Position numbers and translations under genes: made by a program. Positions 11,227-21,490 of a DNA stretch of 64,000 bases are shown in pieces (position 1 is the first letter of the stretch; every line of letters begins with the position of its first letter). The notes under the pieces were generated by a model that saw only the letters and a program-made list of their open reading frames with translations, was not told the origin of the DNA and made no database searches. The stretch comes from Alphaproteobacteria bacterium BRH_c36 (lineage in GTDB: Bacteria > Pseudomonadota > Alphaproteobacteria > Rhizobiales > Hyphomicrobiaceae): NCBI GenBank assembly GCA_001516065.1, contig LOEV01000150.1:1232-65231 (forward strand), given 5' to 3'.

Positions 11227-11622
11227 ATGGCCAAGGAACAACAGCGCGGTAAAGTGCGCCGGCGCGAGAAAAAGAATATCTCGTCAGGCGTGGCGCACGT
11301 AAACGCTAGCTTCAACAATACGATGATCACGATCACCGATGCCCAGGGCAACACGATCTCGTGGTCCTCGGCGGGCACGATGGGCTTCAAGGGGTCGCGC
11401 AAGTCGACTCCATTCGCCGCCCAGATGGCTGCCGAAGACGCCGGCCGCAAGGCGCAGGACCATGGCATGAAGGTGCTCGAAGTCGAGGTCACCGGTCCGG
11501 GTTCGGGCCGCGAATCGGCGCTGCGCGCGTTGCAGTCGCTCGGTCTGCAGATTACGTCCATTCGCGACGTGACGCCTATTCCACACAACGGATGCCGCCC
11601 GCGCAAGCGCCGCCGCGTCTAG
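11227..11622 (+). CDS. rpsK: 30S ribosomal protein S11
   Basis: [25 protein letters not shown]. Confidence 0.99.
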   Translation: MAKEQQRGKVRRREKKNISSGVAHVNASFNNTMITITDAQGNTISWSSAGTMGFKGSRKSTPFAAQMAAEDAGRKAQDHGMKVLEVEVTGPGSGRESALRALQSLGLQITSIRDVTPIPHNGCRPRKRRRV

Positions 11623-11783
11623 TTGCGAAAGCCAGGGGAGGCAGAACCTCCTTCTGGCTCCGCAGGCGTTCGAAAGAGAACGCTCCAGTCCCGGGCAATC
11701 CGGGTTTTTCGATTCCTTGAATGGCGTGCGAGCGCTGTTGGCAGCGACGCCCATTCACAACCGAAACGAGGCACCCCGTGACG

Positions 11784-12809
11784 ATGACTTCGACAATGCA
11801 GAAGAACTGGCAGGATCTGATCAAGCCGGCAAAGCTTGACGTTTCCTCGGGCCGTGATGGCGCCCGGATCGCGACAATGGTCGCCGAGCCGCTGGAGCGC
11901 GGTTTCGGTATGACGCTTGGCAACGCACTGCGGCGTGTATTGATGTCCTCGCTGCAGGGGGCGGCGATCAAGACCGTGCAGATCGACGGCGTTCAGCATG
12001 AATTCTTCTCGATCCCCGGCGTGCGCGAGGATGTCACCCAGATCGTTCTCAATCTCAAGGAAGTGGCCCTCAAGCTTCACTCCGAGGGACCAAAGCGCAT
12101 GCAGTTGCGCAAGGAAGGCCCCGGTCCGGTTAAGGCCGGTGACATCGAAGCCAGTTCGGATGTAGACATCCTCAATCCCGAGCACGTCATCTGCCATCTC
12201 GATCAGGGTGCATCGATCCGCATGGAGCTGACGGCCGATCTCGGCAAGGGCTACGTGCTCGCCGAGCGCAATCGTCCCGACGATGCGCCAATAGGCCTCA
12301 TTCCGATCGACAGCCTGTACAGCCCGGTCAAAAAGGTTTCCTACAAGGTCGAGCATACGCGTGAAGGCCAGGACCTCGACAAGGACCGCCTCACCATGCA
12401 GATCGAGACGGACGGTTCGATTTCGCCCGATGACGCGGTGGCATTCGCCGCCCGCATCCTGCAGGATCAGCTGTCGGTCTTCATCAACTTCGAAGAGCCC
12501 AAGAAGCCGGAAGAAGAACAGCGCCACCCGGAGTTGTCGTTCAACGCCGCGCTCTTGAAGAAGGTCGACGAACTGGAGCTTTCGGTACGTTCGGCCAACT
12601 GCCTGAAGAACGACAATATCGTCTACATCGGTGACCTTATCCAGAAGTCGGAAGCAGAAATGCTGCGCACGCCGAACTTCGGGCGCAAGTCGCTCAACGA
12701 GATCAAGGAAGTTCTCGCGGCGATGGGGCTGCATTTGGGCATGGAAGTCCCCAACTGGCCACCGGACAACATCGAAGAACTCGCCAAGCGCTTCGAGGAT
12801 CAGTACTGA
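11784..12809 (+). CDS. rpoA: RNA polymerase subunit alpha
   Basis: [29 protein letters not shown]; start could be 11778, 11784 or 11796. Confidence 0.98.
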   Translation: MTSTMQKNWQDLIKPAKLDVSSGRDGARIATMVAEPLERGFGMTLGNALRRVLMSSLQGAAIKTVQIDGVQHEFFSIPGVREDVTQIVLNLKEVALKLHSEGPKRMQLRKEGPGPVKAGDIEASSDVDILNPEHVICHLDQGASIRMELTADLGKGYVLAERNRPDDAPIGLIPIDSLYSPVKKVSYKVEHTREGQDLDKDRLTMQIETDGSISPDDAVAFAARILQDQLSVFINFEEPKKPEEEQRHPELSFNAALLKKVDELELSVRSANCLKNDNIVYIGDLIQKSEAEMLRTPNFGRKSLNEIKEVLAAMGLHLGMEVPNWPPDNIEELAKRFEDQY

Positions 12810-12876
12810 GGTTCAGTAACCAGAGAACCGGCAGCGGACGATAGCCGTTCGTGACTCCGCTTTCCGGAATACCGGT

Positions 12877-13024
12877 TCCACACGGGCCTGCCCAATGTGG
12901 ACCAGCCAAGACCAGCTCCACACGGGCCTGCCCAGTGTGGACCAGCCAAGACCAGCTCCACACGGGCCTGCCCAGTGTGGACCAGCCAAAAGCGGGTTCC
13001 ACGCGGGTCTGGCGGTGGTGGACC
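12877..13024. repeat. 40-bp tandem repeat of a hairpin unit (about 2.8 near-perfect copies plus 1 degenerate)
   Basis: TCCACACGGGCCTGCCCA(A/G)TGTGGACCAGCCAAGACCAGC at 12877, 12917, 12957 (third copy diverges at its end); degenerate copy at 12998. Confidence 0.95.
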
Positions 13025-13089
13025 AATAACCAACGAGGTGAGGCCGAAGAACCTCCCCGTAACAACCGAAGCGAAAAAGGTAACTTAAA

Positions 13090-13521
13090 ATGCGACACAA
13101 AAAACTCGGCCGCCGCTTCTCGCGCGACTCGGCTCACCGTCAGGCGATGTTCTCCAACATGGCCGCCTCCCTTATCCGGCACGAGCAGATCGTGACGACG
13201 CTGCCGAAGGCGAAAGACCTGAAGCGGGTGGTGGACAAGTACATCACCTTGGCCAAGCGCGGTGATCTCAACTCGCGCCGTATCGCTGCCTCCCGCCTGC
13301 GTGACGACGACATGGTCAAGAAGCTGTTTGACGTGCTGGCCGACCGCTACAAGGACCGCAACGGCGGCTATACCCGCGTCCTGAAGGCGGGTTTCCGCTA
13401 TGGCGATAGTTCGCCGCGCGCCGTCATCGAACTCGTCGATCGTGACGAGAGCGTGAAGGGCAAGGAAGACCGCGAGCGCCACGAAGCGATGCTTGAAGAG
13501 GACGCCCAGTTGGGCGCGTAG
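13090..13521 (+). CDS. rplQ: 50S ribosomal protein L17
   Basis: [29 protein letters not shown]. Confidence 0.99.
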   Translation: MRHKKLGRRFSRDSAHRQAMFSNMAASLIRHEQIVTTLPKAKDLKRVVDKYITLAKRGDLNSRRIAASRLRDDDMVKKLFDVLADRYKDRNGGYTRVLKAGFRYGDSSPRAVIELVDRDESVKGKEDRERHEAMLEEDAQLGA

Positions 13522-13556
13522 GTTTAACGGGCAGTGCACAGTGGCACGTGAAATTC

Positions 13557-13595
13557 AAACGGCTCCGGCGGTATTCGCTCCGGGGCCGTTTTTCT
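13557..13595 (+). terminator. rho-independent terminator after rplQ
   Basis: AAACGGCTCCGG...CCGGGGCCGTTTTTCT stem plus T tract. Confidence 0.85.
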
Positions 13596-13718
13596 GTCTG
13601 ATCGGCCTGCTATTGGTGTCACGTGAAAAATCGGTCATGTCGGCGCGATGCGATTGCGCGGACGGTCCTTTGGCTTATCTTTTGCGGCAGGGCTTCGGTA
13701 CCGACCAACGGTGAGACG

Positions 13719-15170
13719 ATGCAGAACTTCAAGACGCGAACGTTCGTTTTTCTGGCTTCGGGTGCGGCGGGGTTGACGGTTCTGGCCGTCGCGGCGCTAT
13801 TTCTCTTACCGGCCTCCAATCCGGTCTCAGCGCAAAAGAAGGAGCCGCCGCAGTCGCGTGAAGCGGTGCAGTCTTCCTTCGCACCGATTGTGAAGAAGGC
13901 GGCGCCAGCGGTCGTCAACGTCTACGTCTCCTCGCGGGTGCGAATGTCGCGTTCGCCGTTTGCCGACGATCCCTTCTTCGGCCGCTTCTTTGGCGACGAT
14001 TCCGACTTCGGGATGCCGCGTGAGCGCGTGCAGAACTCGCTCGGGTCCGGCGTGATCGTCACCACTGATGGCGTCATCGTCACCAATACGCATGTCATCA
14101 AGGCGCGCGGGCAGACAGAAATCCGGGTGGCGCTTTCCGATCAACGGGAGTACGACGCGAAGATCATCGCGCAGGACGAGAAGACCGACATCGCGATCCT
14201 CAAAATCGAGGGGAACGGCGAGGACTTTCCGTTCATGCGGTTCGCCAATTCCGATGCGCTCGAAGTCGGCGATCTGGTGCTGGCGATCGGCAATCCGTTC
14301 GGGGTCGGGCAGACCGTGACGAGCGGGATCGTCTCGGCGCTGGCACGCTCGCAGATCGCATCCGATGCCGTCTTCATCCAGACCGATGCGGCGATCAATC
14401 CGGGCAACTCCGGCGGAGCGCTCGTCGACGTGAAAGGCCGGCTCGTCGGTATCAACACGGCGATCTTCTCGCGTTCGGGCGGGTCGAACGGGATCGGCTT
14501 CGCAATCCCCTCGAACCTCGTGAGACTGCATGTTGACGGCGCTCGTGAGGGCCGCAAGGTGGAACGGCCGTGGCTGGGAGCGCGGCTGCAATCGATGGAC
14601 CGCGACATGGCCGAAGCGCTGGGGGTGTCGCGCATATCGGGCGCGGTGGTGATGCGCGTCTACGACAAGGGGCCCGCCGCCGCGGGCGGACTCCGGCCGG
14701 GCGATATCGTCGTCAAGGCTGATGGGTTCGACGTCGCCGATGCGCGGGGCGTCAACTACCGGTTGACGACGCGCGGTGCTGGCAAGGTTTCGCGACTGAC
14801 GGTCCTTCGGGCTGGTAGCGAAACGGAAGTGCAAGTGCGGCTCGCAACGCCGCCGGAACCCACCAAGGACGATTATCGCAACTTGTCCGGACCGCACCCG
14901 CTCGATGGAGCGCGGGTCGCCAATCTACTGCCGACGATCGCGGAGGACATGGAACTCGATCTTGAAGATGGTGTCGTCGTCGTGTCGGTGCGGCGGCGTT
15001 CGCTCGCGCAGCAGTATGGATTCCGACCGGGCGATGTGATTACCGAGGTGGCGGGCCGTAAAGTCAACACCCTTAGCGACCTGTTGGCGCTCCTTGAACG
15101 GCGCCAGCGGATCTGGCAGATGACCGTCAATCGCGGCGGACGCGAACTCGAACTGCGTGTGCCGGGATGA
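13719..15170 (+). CDS. Do/DegP-family periplasmic serine protease with two PDZ domains
   Basis: signal/TM segment, VTNTHV, TDIAILKI, INPGNSGG catalytic triad. Confidence 0.95.
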   Translation: MQNFKTRTFVFLASGAAGLTVLAVAALFLLPASNPVSAQKKEPPQSREAVQSSFAPIVKKAAPAVVNVYVSSRVRMSRSPFADDPFFGRFFGDDSDFGMPRERVQNSLGSGVIVTTDGVIVTNTHVIKARGQTEIRVALSDQREYDAKIIAQDEKTDIAILKIEGNGEDFPFMRFANSDALEVGDLVLAIGNPFGVGQTVTSGIVSALARSQIASDAVFIQTDAAINPGNSGGALVDVKGRLVGINTAIFSRSGGSNGIGFAIPSNLVRLHVDGAREGRKVERPWLGARLQSMDRDMAEALGVSRISGAVVMRVYDKGPAAAGGLRPGDIVVKADGFDVADARGVNYRLTTRGAGKVSRLTVLRAGSETEVQVRLATPPEPTKDDYRNLSGPHPLDGARVANLLPTIAEDMELDLEDGVVVVSVRRRSLAQQYGFRPGDVITEVAGRKVNTLSDLLALLERRQRIWQMTVNRGGRELELRVPG

Positions 15171-15198
15171 CGACATCCGGTTCGGCCAGGACATCTCA

Positions 15199-16509
15199 AT
15201 GAGCGATCTCTTCAAGGCGGCGGGACTGGAGCAGAGCGCGCCACGGCCACTTGCGGACCGGCTGCGACCGAAGAATCTCGACGATGTGGTCGGCCAGCCG
15301 CAAATCGTGGGGCCTGAGGGGACGCTGACCCGCATGCTGCGCTCGGGCCGCTTGTCGAGCATGATCCTGTGGGGGCCGCCGGGTTGCGGCAAGACCACGG
15401 TCGCGCGCCTCATTGCTGATGAAACCAAGTTGGCCTTCGAACAGATTTCGGCGATTTTTTCGGGCGTGCAGGATCTGCGCAAGGTATTCGAGCGGGCGAA
15501 GGCGGACCGATCGCAAGGCAAGGGGACGCTGCTTTTCGTCGACGAGATTCATCGCTTCAACAGGGCGCAGCAGGATTCATTCCTGCCGCACATGGAAGAC
15601 GGCACCATCACGCTGATCGGGGCGACGACGGAGAACCCGTCGTTCGAACTCAACGCCGCCTTGTTGTCGCGCGCGGTGGTACTGACCTTTCAGCGCCACG
15701 ACGAGGAGGCTCTGGAAACGCTACTGTGTCGCGCGGAGGGAGAAGAAGGCCGGGTGCTGCCGTTAGATGAGGAAGCACGCGAAGCGATTCTGGCGATGGC
15801 GGATGGTGACGGGCGCACCATCATCAATCTTGCCGAAGAGGTGTTCGCGGCCACCGAGCCGGATGCCGAGCCCATGGGGCGCGACGCCCTAACCCGTCTC
15901 GTGCAGCGGCGCGCACCGCTCTATGACAAGGGACGGGACGGCCACTACAACCTCATCTCGGCACTGCATAAGTCGGTGCGCGGGTCGGATCCGGATGCGG
16001 CACTCTATTGGCTGTGCCGGATGCTGGATGGCGGCGAAGACCGCTTGTTCATAGCGCGGCGCCTGGTGCGGATGGCGGTCGAGGATATCGGGCTGGCCGA
16101 TCCGCAGGCGCTGACGCAGGCGCTGGCGGCAAAGGATACATTCGATTTTCTCGGTTCTCCCGAGGGAGAGCTGGCGCTGGCGCAGGCAACGATATATCTG
16201 GCGACGGCACCGAAGTCGAATGGCGCCTATGTTGCCTACAAGGCGGCTATGCGGGCGGCAAAGCAGCATGGCTCGCTAAGCCCGCCAAAGCATATCCTCA
16301 ACGCACCGACGAAACTGATGGAGGACGAGGGCTACGGCTCGGGTTACGCCTACGATCATGACGCGCCCGACGGCTTCTCCGGCCAGAGCTACTTTCCAGA
16401 AGAGATCGGTGCGCGGCAGACGTTCTACGATCCGCCAGATCGCGGGTTCGAGCGCGAGATCAGGAAGCGGCTCACCTATTGGGACGGCCTGCGCAAAAAA
16501 CGCGGGTGA
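15199..16509 (+). CDS. rarA: replication-associated recombination protein A (AAA+ ATPase)
   Basis: PLADRLRP, GPPGCGKTT, DEIHRFN, SALHKSVRGSD. Confidence 0.96.
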   Translation: MSDLFKAAGLEQSAPRPLADRLRPKNLDDVVGQPQIVGPEGTLTRMLRSGRLSSMILWGPPGCGKTTVARLIADETKLAFEQISAIFSGVQDLRKVFERAKADRSQGKGTLLFVDEIHRFNRAQQDSFLPHMEDGTITLIGATTENPSFELNAALLSRAVVLTFQRHDEEALETLLCRAEGEEGRVLPLDEEAREAILAMADGDGRTIINLAEEVFAATEPDAEPMGRDALTRLVQRRAPLYDKGRDGHYNLISALHKSVRGSDPDAALYWLCRMLDGGEDRLFIARRLVRMAVEDIGLADPQALTQALAAKDTFDFLGSPEGELALAQATIYLATAPKSNGAYVAYKAAMRAAKQHGSLSPPKHILNAPTKLMEDEGYGSGYAYDHDAPDGFSGQSYFPEEIGARQTFYDPPDRGFEREIRKRLTYWDGLRKKRG

Positions 16510-16552
16510 GCGACGGGTGTTCGCGCCGCTCGGACGATGGCAGCCGAAACCT

Positions 16553-18472
16553 TCAATCAACCAAGCTGGCGAACGGGTTGAAGGGTTTCTTCTTCTCGGC
16601 GGCGGGGCGTTTCTTGCGCTTGTTGGCGTAGGATCGGCGCGGGCTGGTCTTGCGCTTCGAGGTGGCGACAGCAGCGCCGCCGACGCGGACGTTGCGGCCC
16701 TCGAGCCTTGAAGCGAGCCGGTTATCAAGGCCGTAAATATCGCGATGCACCTCGATCTTGCCGTCGTCATCCACTGCAACAGTGAAATAGGCGACGTGGA
16801 CGGGGATGGGCGTCGTGAGTTCAATGTTTTCGCCACGTCGCTTGGCATCGGCGACCCGGTCAGCGTCCCACCCCTTGTCATGCTTCAAAAGAGCTTCAGC
16901 GAAGCGGATAGGATTCTCGACCCGCATGCAGCCGTGGCTGAATGTGCGATCCCTCTTTGCGAACAGGTGCCGCTCGGACGTATCGTGCATGTAGACGTTG
17001 TGCTTGTTGGGGAAGCGAAACTTGACGACGCCGAGCACGTTGGTCGAACCGGGCGGCTGGGTGAAGTGGTAATTCGAAATGTCGGCGCTCGACCAGTCGA
17101 TTGCATCGGGATCGACGGGATTGCCGTTCCGCGTTACGCGCAGATCGTGCGACTTCAGCACAGACGAGGCGAGCGGCTTAGTCGAAAACCAGCCACCGCC
17201 CGTGTTGCGCAACTGAGGCGCCAGTTCGTTGGCCTTCATGCCCGGCGGTACGCCCCATGAGGGCTGGAAGATGACGTAGAGCATCGGCGAGGAGAATATC
17301 GGTGTCGGAGTGCTGGGCTTGCCGACGACGATCTTCTCATCAAGCAAAACCTTGCCATTGTCGATCACTCGGGTCATCTGGGCAGGTACGTCATCCCAGA
17401 CATAGAAGTCGCCAAGGTCGCGCTGGATCCAGCGCCACCGCTCCATGTTGACGATCAGCTGAAGAGCAGTTGCGGCAGGCTTCGCCCTGGCTTCGCGGGC
17501 GCGGGCCTGACCGGCTGTGGAGTGTGGGGACGTCGGGTCCTTGTTTTCTGCTTTTTCTCCGGGTTTGCGTTCTTCGGCTGCCTTGCCGTCGATCTTCGCG
17601 GTCTCGCCGGCTATCGCTGCGGCCTCTGTTTCAGCGCGGCGCAGGTCGAGGAGCGCTTGGCGCAGGCGCTCGAACTGGGGATGTTTAGGATGGTAGCCGC
17701 GCAGATCGGCAGCGATGTCACGACTTTGGCTCAGTGACCTTAGGACACTCAGCGGCTCGGCGATCTCAGGGGTCTGGTCGAACAGGCGGCTAATCGAGGA
17801 CGGGTCAAACCGGCCCCCGCGTGCAAAGCGGGCATACTTCAGGAGGGCGATTGCGACCTTCAGTTCGGATTCGGCGAGTGCTGCATCGGTAAACGACCGG
17901 CCCACCAGGGCTGGCAGTTCGAAATCCGTAACCCTGAGCCCCCAGTCGTCGGCTTTTGCTATCTCGGCGAGGGCGTCATTCGCGGCCTGGGTGAAGCCGT
18001 CCTTGGTCGTCCAGACAGCGTGGTCTGTGACCGAAGCATAAAAGGTCGCGATGGCATTGACGTCGTCCTTGTCCATCGCGTCGCGCAGCTCTGCGGTTTC
18101 GGCGAGCTTGCTGAGCAGTGCGGCGACCACGGGATCGGGATCCCTAGCCGGTGCAGGGGAGGCGACGGCGGGTTTACCGGCTGACGGCTCGAGAGGCACC
18201 GGGTCGATCGTATGAGACGCGGCCGGTTTCTGACTGACGCCGTCCGGGGTGACGGCTGCTGTCTCGAGGGCATCTTCGTTGATGGCGACGGGTTCGTCGC
18301 CAGCGTCGGGTCCGTCAACAGTGACGGATCTGTCGCCGGCACCGTGGGCCTGCGCGAATGCGGTTCCGGGGGAAGCGCATATCGACGCGGCGACTACCAT
18401 AATGAAAGCGCGTCGGACTGTTCTCGCAAGCTGAACGCGCTCGATGAGCGTACGGTATGAAATAAAAGTCAC
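16553..18472 (-). CDS. L,D-transpeptidase, YcbB-like scaffold plus YkuD domain
   Basis: NMERWRW, VYMHDT...FSHGCMRV catalytic motif; start uncertain (GTG 18472 has a GGGGA SD). Confidence 0.9.
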   Translation of the reverse strand: MTFISYRTLIERVQLARTVRRAFIMVVAASICASPGTAFAQAHGAGDRSVTVDGPDAGDEPVAINEDALETAAVTPDGVSQKPAASHTIDPVPLEPSAGKPAVASPAPARDPDPVVAALLSKLAETAELRDAMDKDDVNAIATFYASVTDHAVWTTKDGFTQAANDALAEIAKADDWGLRVTDFELPALVGRSFTDAALAESELKVAIALLKYARFARGGRFDPSSISRLFDQTPEIAEPLSVLRSLSQSRDIAADLRGYHPKHPQFERLRQALLDLRRAETEAAAIAGETAKIDGKAAEERKPGEKAENKDPTSPHSTAGQARAREARAKPAATALQLIVNMERWRWIQRDLGDFYVWDDVPAQMTRVIDNGKVLLDEKIVVGKPSTPTPIFSSPMLYVIFQPSWGVPPGMKANELAPQLRNTGGGWFSTKPLASSVLKSHDLRVTRNGNPVDPDAIDWSSADISNYHFTQPPGSTNVLGVVKFRFPNKHNVYMHDTSERHLFAKRDRTFSHGCMRVENPIRFAEALLKHDKGWDADRVADAKRRGENIELTTPIPVHVAYFTVAVDDDGKIEVHRDIYGLDNRLASRLEGRNVRVGGAAVATSKRKTSPRRSYANKRKKRPAAEKKKPFNPFASLVD

Positions 18473-18693
18473 TATCGTTTCCCCGATTGGAGGAGACAGT
18501 CTTATGGATGAATGAGGCATTAAGGCGATTGCCGGGTGCTGGGCCGGCATCGACCTGCCGCTGTCTCCCTATTTTTTTCGCCCCATTCATCTCACGGACG
18601 CGCAATGCTGTCGATTCGGCGCATGCCATATCCGCGGTTCACGTGGCCCGGTTCGGGATGTCGATGAGCGAATTAGGTGCCGTGGGGACGGAG

Positions 18694-20124
18694 TTAAGTC
18701 GCCAGAAGGGCTGTGGTTATTGCTATTGCAAGGCCAAGCGCAGCGTACGGGAGCAGCAAGCGAACCGCTGTGGCGGTCTGGTCGTGGGTCGCACCGGTCA
18801 GGGCCTGCCCCATTGCCATGCGCACCGGTGAGAGGGCGGTGAGCAGGCTGCCGACCATGATGGACGCCGCAGCGAGCCACACCAGCGCCGCGCCGGGGGC
18901 GGCGAAGGCTCCGGCAATCGGCATCGACAAGCTGCCTGCACCGGCATTGTTGCCAGTCAAATACCCGCCGAGGGCACCCAGAAGGGGAACGGTTGCGGGC
19001 GATAGTGGACCGAGGAGCGCGCGCATATCGCCTGCGACGGCTTCGGCGATGCCGCTGCGAACGAGGATCCATGCCAATGCGACAAGGAGCATAGTCAAGG
19101 TGCAGGCGCGCCAGCCCTTGGCGAAGGTCGTCGCCGCGACATCGCCCAGAGAATGGCGTCTACTCGATGTGAGCCAATGGGTTAACATGGCGACGAGAAC
19201 CAGGGGAATGGCGGGGCTCAGAAACGGGGAAAAGGCCGGAGCGCCGTGTCCGGGAGTGAAGGCTGGTTCAGTCAGGAAATGCTCCATGGCCGGGTTGAGC
19301 CGGGTAGCGGCCAGGGCGGCGATCAGCGCCAGGTAGGGGAGAGCCTTCAATAGCTTCTCCCTCGTCATCAGTTCGGTGCCGTGCTGGCGCCAGAGTCTGA
19401 CGAGCAGAACCGGGCCGATGGCGCCCATACCGGCGAGTTCAATCGGCACACTGGCGCTGGCGGCGATCAGCAGAGCTGCCATTGCGGCCAATAACAGCAC
19501 GTCTTCGGCCATCTGCGCCCGCGAGAAAGCGATACCAGCGCGCCTTGCACACGCCCAAAAAATGGGGGCCATCAAGACGAGGGCTGGAGCCATGACGGCG
19601 GCAACCCGCCAGACGACTTGATCCATCGGCGCATGCACGATCGCCGACGAGATGCGCGTGCCGATACCGAGAGCGCCCCAAGGGACGAGGCACTGGCTGA
19701 AGGCGGCAAGAGCCAAGGTCGTTGCGAGCGGCAGCTTCAATGCCTGTATCGAACGAATGGCAACGACGAATCCGATGCCGAAACCTGCGGCGGTTTCGAC
19801 AAAAGGGCCGGTGAAGAAACACGCCGTGCCCAGGCGGCGGGCCCGGTCCGCGGGTGCATCGGGGGCGGCAACGCTTGCCGCGGGCGCGGTGACTTCGGTG
19901 AAAAAGAGACCGGCCATAATAACGACGACGGCTGGCACGGCGATCCAGATCCCGGCACCAACGGTCATCGCCAGTTCGGCGGGCGACATCTCCCTGGGGC
20001 CGGCCGTAAGAACTATGAACCCGGCAATTGCGAGCGCAATGAGCGACGCCGGCAGCGCCGACAAGCGACGTGTCGTAAGAAGGCCGATAAACACGAAGAG
20101 GGGAGAGACCCAGAACAGCGACAT
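18694..20124 (-). CDS. L-lactate permease-like membrane transporter
   Basis: many TM segments; ETAAGFGIG, VPWGALG, GGYLTGNN resemble LctP motifs. Confidence 0.7.
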   Translation of the reverse strand: MSLFWVSPLFVFIGLLTTRRLSALPASLIALAIAGFIVLTAGPREMSPAELAMTVGAGIWIAVPAVVVIMAGLFFTEVTAPAASVAAPDAPADRARRLGTACFFTGPFVETAAGFGIGFVVAIRSIQALKLPLATTLALAAFSQCLVPWGALGIGTRISSAIVHAPMDQVVWRVAAVMAPALVLMAPIFWACARRAGIAFSRAQMAEDVLLLAAMAALLIAASASVPIELAGMGAIGPVLLVRLWRQHGTELMTREKLLKALPYLALIAALAATRLNPAMEHFLTEPAFTPGHGAPAFSPFLSPAIPLVLVAMLTHWLTSSRRHSLGDVAATTFAKGWRACTLTMLLVALAWILVRSGIAEAVAGDMRALLGPLSPATVPLLGALGGYLTGNNAGAGSLSMPIAGAFAAPGAALVWLAAASIMVGSLLTALSPVRMAMGQALTGATHDQTATAVRLLLPYAALGLAIAITTALLAT

Positions 20125-20169
20125 ATGTTCCAGTCGCTGAATCCGTGTCGCAGAGCAAGTCCCAAATTG

Positions 20170-20439
20170 TCAAAGTGACGGCCGTTGTTCCTCCGGTGCG
20201 TCCGGGAGGGTGACTGGCTGCTCGGGAGCGTGCTGCTGGATTAGGAGCCGCTTCGCAGCAGCCACTAGTTCTTCAGGACTTTGATGGCTCGAGCGCAGGC
20301 TGATCATCAGCTGTGCGAGGCGACGGCGCAGGAACTCTGCATTTTCATCATTGCTTAGTTTGGGTTCGAGTTCGCTCCAGGCCCGTTCAAAGTGTTTGGC
20401 CAGATCGGACAACTCGTCTGGCTGGATGAGTTGAGTCAT
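20170..20439 (-). CDS. hypothetical protein (89 aa)
   Basis: ORF with helical amphipathic pattern FERAWSEL...RRRLAQLMI. Confidence 0.6.
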   Translation of the reverse strand: MTQLIQPDELSDLAKHFERAWSELEPKLSNDENAEFLRRRLAQLMISLRSSHQSPEELVAAAKRLLIQQHAPEQPVTLPDAPEEQRPSL

Positions 20440-20664
20440 TTCGGATGATTTCTTTCGGACTACGCACTGTAACGCTTCGTTTGATTCTGCATTAGCGAGA
20501 CGCTCCGTAAAGCCGGCAACGTCGGTATAGGAAGCATGGAACCAGTTAGCTGTATTTGCGCTATTGAAGATAAATGAGTAAGTTGCTACCTGTTAGGCAA
20601 GCAGGGTTATGAACCGGGTTGTTATACCAACCAAATCTCAGTGTTTCGCCAAGGAGATTGTGCG

Positions 20665-20907
20665 ATGTCAGGGTTGTCGCGTGAAACGCGGCTGCAGATC
20701 ATGCTTGATGAAGACGAACTCGCAGCTATCGACGATTGGCGCTTCAAGCACCGCATGCCCAGCCGGGCTGCAGCTGTGCGGGATCTATTAAAACTCGGCC
20801 TGCAGGCTGCGAAGGGTCCGACCGATCGCTCCATGCGGTCTCAGGACTTCGGTGTTTCTCCACATCGCGGATCCGATAGCGACGACGATCACGGCACCAC
20901 ACTGTAG
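20665..20907 (+). CDS. ribbon-helix-helix (CopG-like) DNA-binding protein
   Basis: RLQIMLDEDELAAIDDWR...SRAAAVRDLL; AAGGAG SD. Confidence 0.75.
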   Translation: MSGLSRETRLQIMLDEDELAAIDDWRFKHRMPSRAAAVRDLLKLGLQAAKGPTDRSMRSQDFGVSPHRGSDSDDDHGTTL

Positions 20908-20929
20908 CCTCGGGCAATTGCCGGCCCGC

Positions 20930-21307
20930 CTAATTCTCGATGCGCTTTGCCAGTTCCTCCATCACGAACAGGACCGAGGCGCGCTGTTCTTCGGTTGCGA
21001 GCAGTCCGGGCGTATTGACGAGAAACTGAAGCGCGTCGATGGCTTTGTTGATGCCCTTGGCGTACTCCCTCTTCGAGATTGTCGCTCGGCGGGCTTCCAT
21101 GGCGTAGATCTGGCAGGTCGCGTAGACGTGATGGGCGTGCCAAACCGCATCCGGCTGACGGCGCGCCTTATCGGCGAGATCGGCGCACGAGGCATGGTTG
21201 CCCGCGATGGCGGCCATGCGGGCCTGGCTCAGGATATCCTGGCCGGCGGATGCGTTCGTGGAGGCGAGTACGGCGGCGATAAGCGGAAACATAAGCGATT
21301 TTCGCAT
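20930..21307 (-). CDS. secreted helical hypothetical protein with two Cys
   Basis: signal peptide MRKSLMFPLIAAVLASTNASA; GGGAG SD. Confidence 0.75.
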   Translation of the reverse strand: MRKSLMFPLIAAVLASTNASAGQDILSQARMAAIAGNHASCADLADKARRQPDAVWHAHHVYATCQIYAMEARRATISKREYAKGINKAIDALQFLVNTPGLLATEEQRASVLFVMEELAKRIEN

Positions 21308-21490
21308 GTTGGTCTCCCCGTGTGCCGGACTACTGGCTGGCACAGGCTGGCTGCACAGGTTGGTCTACGGCCCCCTTCGAAGGTCGGTTCAAGCGAAGGG
21401 GTTGCGTTCGCCGGGCCGTGGTGAATAGTTGGGGTCGGGCCCGTCGTCTGGCAAAGGCGCCGCCGTGGTCTTTCTCGCGAGGCAATCCGC

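Noticed and set aside
9823-11784. Absence of map, infA, rpmJ and rpsD from the spc/alpha cluster
   Set aside because: secY-adk-rpsM-rpsK-rpoA-rplQ is the usual alphaproteobacterial arrangement.
12877-13024. CRISPR array
   Set aside because: Units repeat end to end with identical linkers (no unique spacers) and no cas genes are present; ORFs crossing it are by-products of the repeat.
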